A DNA stretch of 41,300 nt. It comes from Candidatus Hermodarchaeota archaeon. Its GTDB lineage: Archaea; Asgardarchaeota; Lokiarchaeia; Sigyniarchaeales; SOKP01. The DNA lies in contig JBHLLP010000005.1 of NCBI GenBank assembly GCA_048885525.1, forward strand, positions 78,345-119,644, read 5' to 3'. Numbering within the stretch: the first letter of the stretch is position 1; the number at the start of each line of letters is the position of its first letter. Made by a program: the position numbers and the translations under genes. Shown one piece after another: positions 29,345 through 38,063 of this stretch. The notes under the pieces were generated by a model. The model had not been told where the DNA came from, did not search any database, and saw nothing but the letters and a program-made list of their open reading frames with translations.

Positions 29345-30115
29345 ATGAGTAAAGAGAAGTATAAAGACATATTTAAGATTATAGTTCTTGGGGCTCCAGG
29401 AGTAGGTAAAACTGCTTTAATTGAACAATTTTCCGATAAATCTCTCCATAAAGATGCGGCTCCTAGAGCTGGTTTGAATTTATTTATTAAGAACGTTAAC
29501 ATTGATGGTAATGACTATAAACTTCAGTTCTGGGATATTATTGCCAATGACAAATTTGGTTCAATTCAAACATTATACTATACAGGGGCATCTGCTGTTC
29601 TTTACGTATTTGATTTGTCTAGACCAGAAACTTTTGATTATTTTCAAACACGTTTTAAAGAAATTTGGATTCAGGTTAAAAAAGATAAATGCCCTGTCCT
29701 TATAATTGGAAATAAACTTGATTTAGTTGAGCACCCAGAGGTTATTGATAGAGAAAAATTTCGTAATTTTGTTAGAAAAGAAGGTTTAATGGGTTATATT
29801 GAATTAACTTCAAAAAATAATATTGATGGTTTACTAAAACAACTTCCTATAATTATTCAAAAAGCTTTAAAAAAAAGTATTCAAGTCAAATTTTTAGTTA
29901 CTAGTAAAGAACTAAAAGAAATTAAAAGATCTGCTCGACGCTCTCATCAAACACAATCAGAATTTATTCGTACAGCAATATGGGAAAAAATAAGATTGAT
30001 TAATAAACCTTCTAAGATTGACAATTCAATAAAAAATGAAGAAATAATAGAAAAAAAATTACGGTTAGATGAATTGAAAAAAATTCGAGAATTATTAGAA
30101 AGATCAAAAGAGTGA
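29345..30115 (+). CDS. Rab-like GTPase domain fused to a C-terminal ribbon-helix-helix domain
   Basis: GAPGVGKT, LQFWDI, YYTGA, VFDLS and GNKLD motifs; C-terminal IQVKFLVTSKELKEIKRSARRSHQTQSEFIRTAIWEKI. Confidence 0.8.
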   Translation: MSKEKYKDIFKIIVLGAPGVGKTALIEQFSDKSLHKDAAPRAGLNLFIKNVNIDGNDYKLQFWDIIANDKFGSIQTLYYTGASAVLYVFDLSRPETFDYFQTRFKEIWIQVKKDKCPVLIIGNKLDLVEHPEVIDREKFRNFVRKEGLMGYIELTSKNNIDGLLKQLPIIIQKALKKSIQVKFLVTSKELKEIKRSARRSHQTQSEFIRTAIWEKIRLINKPSKIDNSIKNEEIIEKKLRLDELKKIRELLERSKE

Positions 30116-30187
30116 AAAAGTTGTGGAGTAGCTAATAATATTTTATATATCTAAATTAAGTCTCGTTCTAAATTATATGAAATTGCT

Positions 30188-30958
30188 TTAAAAGATAAAG
30201 GGAATAAGCGCTTTGCGATTTTTTGGATAATCAGGAAATGATTTTATATACCATAAGTGATTAGAGCGTGCTCTAGGTGCTAAATTTGCGAAAGTCCACA
30301 TAGCGAAAATTAAACCCGGAAAACTCCATGTCATAATTGCCCATCCAATCCATTCTGTTATTTCTCCAAAATAACTAGGACAACTTACATATTTGAACAT
30401 TCCTCCATAAGGAATTTTATATTCAGTTTCCCGAGGTTTTCGTAAATGTCGAATAATGTAATCTGAATGTAGATTAATAATAAATCCACAAATGAAAATT
30501 ATTATCCCTATTATAAAAATCGGATTAAAAAACCAATTTACAGGATATAACGGGGAAAATGTATTGATCCATCTAGCTTGTAAATAAGTGTTGATTCCAT
30601 TAAATGTAATACCCATTAAAATAATTGAAATTGGCATGGGGTGTTTGCCGCGAATTAACAAGGGATATATGAAAGTACGGTGAGAGTAATGTATCATCCA
30701 TATGAATAGAAATATTAAGGGCATTAATTCAGTTTTCCGTTCTCCAATAAGATAATAAATTAAATAAATAATAACAGTTGGTAATTCCATTGTAATCCAA
30801 CCTAATTTATTATTATTTATAGCAGGGCCCCATTTTTTATTAATATGTTGGCCATAGCCGGCCGTGATAAATAATAAAACTATGAAGAAAATTATTGAAG
30901 AGAAGCCAAAACTTATTAGAAATATGTTAAAGATTAGATATTCAGCCATTCTATCCAC
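30188..30958 (-). CDS. Steroid 5-alpha-reductase (SRD5A/DET2)-like membrane NADPH reductase
   Basis: GYG, W..MELP, HYSHR..IYP, INLHSD....LRKP, YKIP.GG.F.YVSCP.YFGEI.EW.GWA, NLAPRA...H.WY and YPKNRKALIPFIF motifs. Confidence 0.88.
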   Translation of the reverse strand: MDRMAEYLIFNIFLISFGFSSIIFFIVLLFITAGYGQHINKKWGPAINNNKLGWITMELPTVIIYLIYYLIGERKTELMPLIFLFIWMIHYSHRTFIYPLLIRGKHPMPISIILMGITFNGINTYLQARWINTFSPLYPVNWFFNPIFIIGIIIFICGFIINLHSDYIIRHLRKPRETEYKIPYGGMFKYVSCPSYFGEITEWIGWAIMTWSFPGLIFAMWTFANLAPRARSNHLWYIKSFPDYPKNRKALIPFIF

Positions 30959-31136
30959 TTCTTTGATAACGGTACAAATATTTATTTATCCCATACTTGC
31001 ATATTTTAATTCTTTTTAAGTTTTTAACTTATTTATTATATTTTCTTTAAAGGAGAAATGAGATATTTTAGAAGTTTTCCTTAATATTAGCTTAAATTTA
31101 AAAAATAACTATCATTTTTTCATTTTACTTTAAATA

Positions 31137-32354
31137 ATGAAAAAATTTCTAATGGCTACTAAAGAATCTTATCAGAATTGGAGATTTTGGCCAGTTCTAT
31201 GTTTAGTATTCATTTATGCTTTTAGTAGTCCTCTTTTAATGTTAGCAACACCTATCTATTTCTTTCAGCAAGGTGTTGATATAAAATTAATCAGTTTATT
31301 ATCAACAGCTCTAACAATTACTTATTGTTTTTCTCCAATTGCTTTCAATAAAATTTCAGATAGACTAGGGCGAAGAAAGAGTGTCATTATATCTATGATA
31401 GGTGCTTCCTGTGCTGAATTTATATTTTATTTTACATTGGATCCTCTAATCTTTTTAATTGCCAGATTATTTGAAGGGTTCATATTAGGTTTGTTTTTCC
31501 CTAATCTACTGGCAAGTATTTCGGATAATCCCACAATTGATCATAGGAAATATCTGTCAAGATTTAACTTTTCTTGGAGTAGCGCAGTGGTATTTGGATT
31601 ATTATTTGGTTCAATTTTTTTATACTTTATTGGTGAAGTCAAATTTATCTTTTATATTAATCCGATCTTCCTATTTTTTAATGCTATCATTACAATTTTC
31701 TTCTTCCAAGAGCCAAATCATAATTATTTTAAAACTCAAAGTAGTGTAATAGATATTGACCCTACAAATCCAACAAACTATCAAAAATCAATGACAATAA
31801 GCAAATATTATATTCCTGTTATTATTCCGTTACTATTTATTCTTGCTCTTTCTTTTTCTTCAGGAAATAGCTCATTATTATATCCCATAAGAGCAGAAAC
31901 ATTAGGTTTTTCATCTTCCAGTACGTATTTTATAAATATTTTTGCAACATCAGCGCAATCAATAACTATGTATATTGCAAGTTTATTAGTTTTAAATAAA
32001 CTAAAATTAGTTTCAATTACTACTTTGCTTGTTTATTCATTTTTATTTATTTTTTTCAATTTAAATAGGATTTACTTCCTCTTTATTATTTTATTTTTAT
32101 TATCAGGATTCTTTTTTGGGATAATATACGGTGCAGCGTCAAAGTTCTTTCTTACTCTGAATATACTAAAAAAGACATCTAAGTATAGTAGCATAATGGA
32201 AAGTTCTACTGGATTTAGTTTTTTTATATCTCAAATATTTCTTGGTTTTATTGCAGATATAAACATTGGATTAGGATACATAACTATTTCTTTAAGTTTA
32301 GCCATAATATTTCTTATAACTCTAATTTTTATTAGAAAATTTAAAGAAATTTAA
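31137..32354 (+). CDS. MFS transporter
   Basis: Motif A (KISDRLGRRK), ARLFEG, about 12 TM segments. Confidence 0.85.
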   Translation: MKKFLMATKESYQNWRFWPVLCLVFIYAFSSPLLMLATPIYFFQQGVDIKLISLLSTALTITYCFSPIAFNKISDRLGRRKSVIISMIGASCAEFIFYFTLDPLIFLIARLFEGFILGLFFPNLLASISDNPTIDHRKYLSRFNFSWSSAVVFGLLFGSIFLYFIGEVKFIFYINPIFLFFNAIITIFFFQEPNHNYFKTQSSVIDIDPTNPTNYQKSMTISKYYIPVIIPLLFILALSFSSGNSSLLYPIRAETLGFSSSSTYFINIFATSAQSITMYIASLLVLNKLKLVSITTLLVYSFLFIFFNLNRIYFLFIILFLLSGFFFGIIYGAASKFFLTLNILKKTSKYSSIMESSTGFSFFISQIFLGFIADINIGLGYITISLSLAIIFLITLIFIRKFKEI

Positions 32355-32357
32355 TGA

Positions 32358-33047
32358 ATGTCACTAATGAGACCAAAAATTAACCTAAAGAAAAAAGCAT
32401 ATGTATTAATTATAGTTAGAAATGTTCAATTCATTACTTTAACCATAATTGCTATGTTTTTCTATAAGGGTGGAACATATATTGATACTTCCTCGTCAGG
32501 TTACTTATTTTGGTATAATTATTTCAGTGATTTAGGACGAACAGTGGCTCATTCAGGTATTCAAAATATGATTTCTTGGATTCTATTTACAGTAAGTTTA
32601 TCTTTATGGGGTATATTTCAAATTCCATTTTATATTGCATTTCCAAATTTCTTTTCAAGTTCTAATCTTAAAATATAAAGTCTTATCGGATCCATTCTTG
32701 GTATATTTACAGGAGTCTGTTACGTTGGAATTGCATTTACTCCTTCAAATCTTTTAGATAACCATCATGATATATTTGTCGTTCTTGGATTTGGTTCTAT
32801 TTTCTTATCTAATATTCTTTATTCAATATTAATATATCTCGACAATAAGTATTCTAGTTTTTATGCTAATATATTAATTATTTCTGTAGGTATTTTAGGA
32901 ATATATTTTCTCATATTGTTTCTTGCTCGAAACATTAATAAAACGACTAAATTACTTATTTATGTATCAGGACAAAAAGTAATGATTTACACTCTTCTTA
33001 TATGTGGAATTATTCAAGGATATGGAGCTTTAACACAAGATCGATAA
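32358..33047 (+). pseudogene. DUF998/Frag1-like membrane protein with in-frame TAA at 32676-32678
   Basis: YxGG...Y.FW.NYFSDLG motif; the frame stays open after the TAA for 122 codons of TM-rich sequence (SLIGSILGIFTGVCYVGIAFTP...H...GQK) up to TAA at 33045-33047. Confidence 0.75.
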
Positions 33048-33080
33048 ATTTTTAACATTCCTACCTTTTTAAGACTTATA

Positions 33081-33821
33081 ATGAGTAGAGATAAGCAGTT
33101 AATAGAATTAATCCAAAAGGGTTCACTCCGTGGGATAATCTTTGATTTTGATGGCACATTATTAGATATTCGTCAAATACTTGAAAAATCAATAGAGGAA
33201 GTGCTGGAAAAAGAAGTCAATGAGGCAGAATTTGATATGGATAATACTATTCAAGAAATTGGTGCTTTACTAGAAACAATTCAAGGATATCCTCTACCCA
33301 AAGTCTTACTGGAGTCTTATGAAATTTTCAAATATATAACCGCCCTTAAGAACTTAACATATTTTAAGAAATTACGGATTGCCGTGAAGATTTTCTCTAA
33401 ATATTTAGAATATTCAAAAGAAGCATTATTTTTTCCATCAGTAAAACCTCTTTTAAAAAAGTTGAAGAAAATCTACGATCTATTTATTGTCTCTCATAAT
33501 AAAACCGAGACTATAATTGAGCATCTCGAAAAAGAAGGTTTCAATAACTACTTTAAAGGTATTTATGGAAGTGATAAAATTCCGGTACAAAAACCAGACC
33601 CAATGGCACTTCAACCAGCATTAGAAAATTATGAAAAACGTCGTAGGGGTGAATTCTTAATGATTGGTGATATGCCTTCAGATATCACTGCTGGTCAAGA
33701 AGCCGGATTATGGACAATAGGTGTAGCAAGCGGAGTAAGTAAAAATGAAATTTTAAGAGAATATGAACCTGACTTATTAATTGATTCTTTAGATGAATTA
33801 TTGAAAATAATACAAAATTAA
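33081..33821 (+). CDS. HAD-superfamily hydrolase (phosphoglycolate phosphatase-like)
   Basis: FDFDGTL, IVSH, KPDP and MIGDMPSD..AG..AG motifs. Confidence 0.88.
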   Translation: MSRDKQLIELIQKGSLRGIIFDFDGTLLDIRQILEKSIEEVLEKEVNEAEFDMDNTIQEIGALLETIQGYPLPKVLLESYEIFKYITALKNLTYFKKLRIAVKIFSKYLEYSKEALFFPSVKPLLKKLKKIYDLFIVSHNKTETIIEHLEKEGFNNYFKGIYGSDKIPVQKPDPMALQPALENYEKRRRGEFLMIGDMPSDITAGQEAGLWTIGVASGVSKNEILREYEPDLLIDSLDELLKIIQN

Positions 33822-33946
33822 TTTTTTTTCAGAAGCCCTTAATTGGAATCATATTATTGTGGATATCAATACAATAATCTCAATTTTGAATACATCAAAA
33901 CTGTAAATCTTTTTAAATATATTGTTGGTTTCTACGTATTTGAACA

Positions 33947-34981
33947 ATGATACCAATTAATCTGCCAACAATAAAAAAAATTGTTTTAATTATTAATGCA
34001 ATTATAGCCACTCTAGCCATTGTTATCCTACTTTTAAATTTAGATATATTTTATGTCTCTCATGCGAGTACAGGGATGTTACCTGTCATTACTTATGAAA
34101 CATATTCAACTATAGAGACTTCATATCTATATATACTCATTGCTTTAATTGGTATTAGTTCATATTTATCATTAACAAAAAGATTAAAAAAATGGGAATC
34201 CGTTCGGATTTTAATTATATCTCTATTAAGTCTTATTCCAATAATTTTCTTAATGTTATTGAGTGTAAATCCTCATTTTTTAATAATTTTACCCAGAGGA
34301 AGTGCACCTACTAGAATAATCGAGATATATCCCGGTTTGATTTTCATTATAATTCTTTTTATCGCATTTTTTGTAAATACCCTTCTTATAATCCAACAAG
34401 AAGGATACATTTTCAAATACGGTATCGCTTTGTCTTTATTTATTGGAGCTTTACTAATAAGTCATGCTATTCATGAGTCTGGACATGCATTATTAGCAAT
34501 TTTAAGCGGGGGTCAAGTTGTTAAATTTTATCCCTTTCCTATTTTCCAAGATGGAGTTTTAAGAACTGGTTATGTGACGTATCAAAACGTTCCTTCATTT
34601 CTAATTCCTTTAGTTACATTAGGAGGAGAGGTCTTACAATGGATTGTAATTCCAATAATTTTATTCATTTTAATCCGGATTAGAACCCCTAGGATTTTAA
34701 ATCTATTTCTAATATTTTTATTAGCAATATCATGGTTAGATTTTCCACTTTATGTAATAAATAATTCGCTCGGTTTACCTCATTGGTTTGTAATTGGATG
34801 TGATCATGGAGATATCATTAGTTTCACTATTCAAACAGGATTCCCTCTATGGGCAATGCTTATCTTTGCGTTTTTGCAGCTGGCTATTGGAATCATAATT
34901 TTTTACTTTAAGTTATTAAAGAATTATGTTCCGATTAAAAATCAGTTTGCTAGGAAAAATATTCCTTTAATAGACAAATAA
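33947..34981 (+). CDS. Membrane zinc metalloprotease-like protein (M50/M50B-like)
   Basis: HESGH within a TM region, downstream LGG and HGD; four extra N-terminal TM segments. Confidence 0.65.
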   Translation: MIPINLPTIKKIVLIINAIIATLAIVILLLNLDIFYVSHASTGMLPVITYETYSTIETSYLYILIALIGISSYLSLTKRLKKWESVRILIISLLSLIPIIFLMLLSVNPHFLIILPRGSAPTRIIEIYPGLIFIIILFIAFFVNTLLIIQQEGYIFKYGIALSLFIGALLISHAIHESGHALLAILSGGQVVKFYPFPIFQDGVLRTGYVTYQNVPSFLIPLVTLGGEVLQWIVIPIILFILIRIRTPRILNLFLIFLLAISWLDFPLYVINNSLGLPHWFVIGCDHGDIISFTIQTGFPLWAMLIFAFLQLAIGIIIFYFKLLKNYVPIKNQFARKNIPLIDK

Positions 34982-35137
34982 GCTTTTATATTTAATTTTA
35001 TATTTATTTTTTTTTTATTCGTGAATAAAAGACAATAAATATAAAAATGAAATCTGTTATTATTTCTTTAATCTAATCTACTGATAAATAAGAATATAAC
35101 ATTACTGTCAAAAATATTTTTACAAGAGTTATTTATA

Positions 35138-37558
35138 ATGATGTTAAAAAGAAATAAACGATTTATTGCTATTTTCCTAATTTTTTTGACTACTGCGATG
35201 ACATTCAGTTTCTTCATTTTAAAGACTCAAGCTGGACCTTATATACCAGAACAACATGCTAACAATCAATGGCATTGGGAGGTTGATGTAGGAGATCAAC
35301 TGTATTTCGAAGGAGAATTTGTAGTTGCTAACGGTACTACAGGTAAAGTGGAGAAGATGTTTAAGGATATTTGGATCTATAACATTACCTCCATTGTAAA
35401 TACCACTGTCGATTGGTTAGGATCGAATGAAGTCTCTGTAATAAACGCGGCTCAATGTTATTATAATGTCAGTTCAGGTGAGTTAGAAGCGTATTATCCC
35501 CCTAGTGAATTTGCTTTTTTCGGATATAATAGTACAGATTCTATAAAACACAGAATCAGAGCAGGCCAGAGTGGAATGCCCTTTGTACTCCCTATAAATG
35601 GTTCAAAGGGTTTGGAAGTTGATGTCTTAGCACCAATAATAAATGAAACAATGTATTATCCTTATGCACAAATGGGACAATTTAACGCGTTTGATAGTTT
35701 TACATCTGATCCAAATCCAAGTATCAATAAGATTCATTTCACTAATTCTTCAGATTATTATTTCTCTGAGGGATATTATTACGATAACGGAACATTGAAT
35801 TATGGATCAGCATATTTAAGGATTCAAATGGGTGAAGGTCCAATGTTAATCAACGCTACAATGAAACAGGTATTTGATCCTTATATCACTGATGAAGTTC
35901 AATGGGGTGTTAATGTTGGAGATGAGTTTTTCTATGATGCGTTTGATCCAGATGATGGATTTGATTTTGTCGATGATGCAGATGATGTCAAGGTAAAGAT
36001 TACAGATATTTCTGATGTTTTATTTAATAAATCAAATAATGGCTTTTCAGAAGAGCTGACTAAAATGGTTTTTCAATGTGTCTTTGCGGATATATATAAA
36101 TGGAATGGAACTGATTATGAATTCGGAGGTAATAGCATTGTAGGTGCGGCTAATAATTTTTATCCCCAATATTATGATGAAGTAGGGGATATGGTAATGC
36201 CATTCATCTGGCCAATAAATATTCCGATTGAAAACATTGGATTTATGTGGAATTATGATACTTTGGGGATCTGGGAAAATATGCCATTTGATACGATTGT
36301 TATGACTGAAAATGGATTTTTAGAGTTTGAATTAAGCAACTCTACAGGAATAGATTACGTAAAAATCGTAATAAGTAAGACCACTGGTGTTGCTCAATCA
36401 TTTTTCAATATAAATCCTGATGATTTTATGTTCTATGAACTAAAAACACAGACGTTAGTTGATTGGTCTGTAAATATTGGTGATGTTATTTATTACAAAG
36501 CTAATCAAGATGAGCATTATGATATGAAAGCGACAATTATCGGAACTTATACAGTTTATGCAAATATGACTTTCCTTGTTAATGAATATAATTTATATGG
36601 AATTCCATTAGCTTTACCCTCTGGTCAACCAGAATATCAATTTTTCACTTACCTCGTAGCTGAACTTGAATATTGGGATCCAGACACAGTATCTTGGTCT
36701 TATGCGACTACACAAATTATTTCTATAGCTAATATTTATTGGCCTGTATCACCACTAGTATTTGAAATTGGAGGTCCTCCAATGCTAATGCCCGAGGGAA
36801 CTTCTAGTTCAGATCTTTCAGATTTCTTTGATATGTGGAGTACAGTTTATGATGATATAACTTTTTCTACGGGTTATGTATTGCTCAGAAATACTACAGC
36901 GAATAAAGAATTAAATTACTATTTTGATGAAACTTCAGGTAGAATGACTATGATGTATGGATGGGCGAAAATGCCAATTCCTGGTGAGGATTGGACGTAT
37001 ATGTCAATCTATCCTAAATTTTACCATCCACTTACTGTAGGTACTAATACTTTTTCTGTAGGAAGTTATCATCCATCAGGTATAACTGTAAATATAGAAA
37101 TGTATGTAAATTCCCCAGGAGGAGCATATATTGCTACTTACTATCCTATGAACCCTGTGAATGAACCTTTACCAGTAGGAGAATCTTTTGCTTTCTTTGA
37201 TCAATTAATGACCAACTTTAGCTCAATTGTAGGGAATATTACCATGACAATCATACTCCCACCAAGTATAGATCTTAGCACAATAGGATTCTTTTTCTAT
37301 GCTTACAATATGAGTGGAAGCGACAAATGGGACCCAGCACCTCCAGAATTTTATCTCACTTCTGTTACTTATAATTTTGCCTCAAATTCAATTATAATTG
37401 AAATGCCACCCTTCCCTTTTGGATTAATATCAGCTATGGCTTACATTGATTCGGAAGAATTACCCGGCGAAATCCCAGGATATAACATTTTCCTCATATC
37501 ACTAATGATTGTTGCAATATCTGGAATTTTAATTAGGAAAATTCGAAAAAATAAATAA
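35138..37558 (+). CDS. Secreted cell-surface glycoprotein with three internal repeats and a Loki-CTERM-type sorting signal
   Basis: Signal peptide; three WxVxxGD repeats; many N-x-S/T sequons; C-terminal IPGY + TM + basic tail. Confidence 0.82.
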   Translation: MMLKRNKRFIAIFLIFLTTAMTFSFFILKTQAGPYIPEQHANNQWHWEVDVGDQLYFEGEFVVANGTTGKVEKMFKDIWIYNITSIVNTTVDWLGSNEVSVINAAQCYYNVSSGELEAYYPPSEFAFFGYNSTDSIKHRIRAGQSGMPFVLPINGSKGLEVDVLAPIINETMYYPYAQMGQFNAFDSFTSDPNPSINKIHFTNSSDYYFSEGYYYDNGTLNYGSAYLRIQMGEGPMLINATMKQVFDPYITDEVQWGVNVGDEFFYDAFDPDDGFDFVDDADDVKVKITDISDVLFNKSNNGFSEELTKMVFQCVFADIYKWNGTDYEFGGNSIVGAANNFYPQYYDEVGDMVMPFIWPINIPIENIGFMWNYDTLGIWENMPFDTIVMTENGFLEFELSNSTGIDYVKIVISKTTGVAQSFFNINPDDFMFYELKTQTLVDWSVNIGDVIYYKANQDEHYDMKATIIGTYTVYANMTFLVNEYNLYGIPLALPSGQPEYQFFTYLVAELEYWDPDTVSWSYATTQIISIANIYWPVSPLVFEIGGPPMLMPEGTSSSDLSDFFDMWSTVYDDITFSTGYVLLRNTTANKELNYYFDETSGRMTMMYGWAKMPIPGEDWTYMSIYPKFYHPLTVGTNTFSVGSYHPSGITVNIEMYVNSPGGAYIATYYPMNPVNEPLPVGESFAFFDQLMTNFSSIVGNITMTIILPPSIDLSTIGFFFYAYNMSGSDKWDPAPPEFYLTSVTYNFASNSIIIEMPPFPFGLISAMAYIDSEELPGEIPGYNIFLISLMIVAISGILIRKIRKNK

Positions 37559-37618
37559 AACAAATAATATCCTCATTTTTTTATTTTATAATTTTTATAG
37601 CATTTTATAAAGAGATAA

Positions 37619-37843
37619 AGCCTCAAACCATCCATTACATATAATTTTGTCGACAATTCAATGACGTTTGAAATCCCGATTGATGGTCCCTATATGGTAT
37701 TATCGGCTATTGCATATCAACCGATAGAACCAAGTGACGGAGATGGAACACCAAAAATCCCAGGGTATAACATATTCTTAATATCATTTATGATCATAAT
37801 TACATCTGGCATACTAATTAAAAATTTAAGGAAAAAAAAATAA
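37619..37843 (+). pseudogene. 5'-truncated paralog of the upstream surface protein (C-terminal part with Loki-CTERM-type signal)
   Basis: SITYNFVDNSMTFEIP..LSAIAY..IPGYNIFLISFM aligns with SVTYNFASNSIIIEMP..ISAMAY..IPGYNIFLISLM; similarity begins upstream of the ATG at 37661; in-frame TAA at 37616. Confidence 0.7.
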
Positions 37844-38063
37844 AAAATCTAAACATTTGACTCTTTTTTTAACTCTTATTTCTCTTTTATATTTAGTGTT
37901 AAAAAGATTAAATTTCTAAGAGAAAACATCAATTTCTTAATCATACTTTTTTGAGTATTACTCTAACCATTAATTTTTTATATAAAAGATCCTTTAAGTA
38001 AAAATAATTCAGCTGAAAATATTGAGTTTTATTAAATTTTCATAATGTTTTTAATAATAATGA

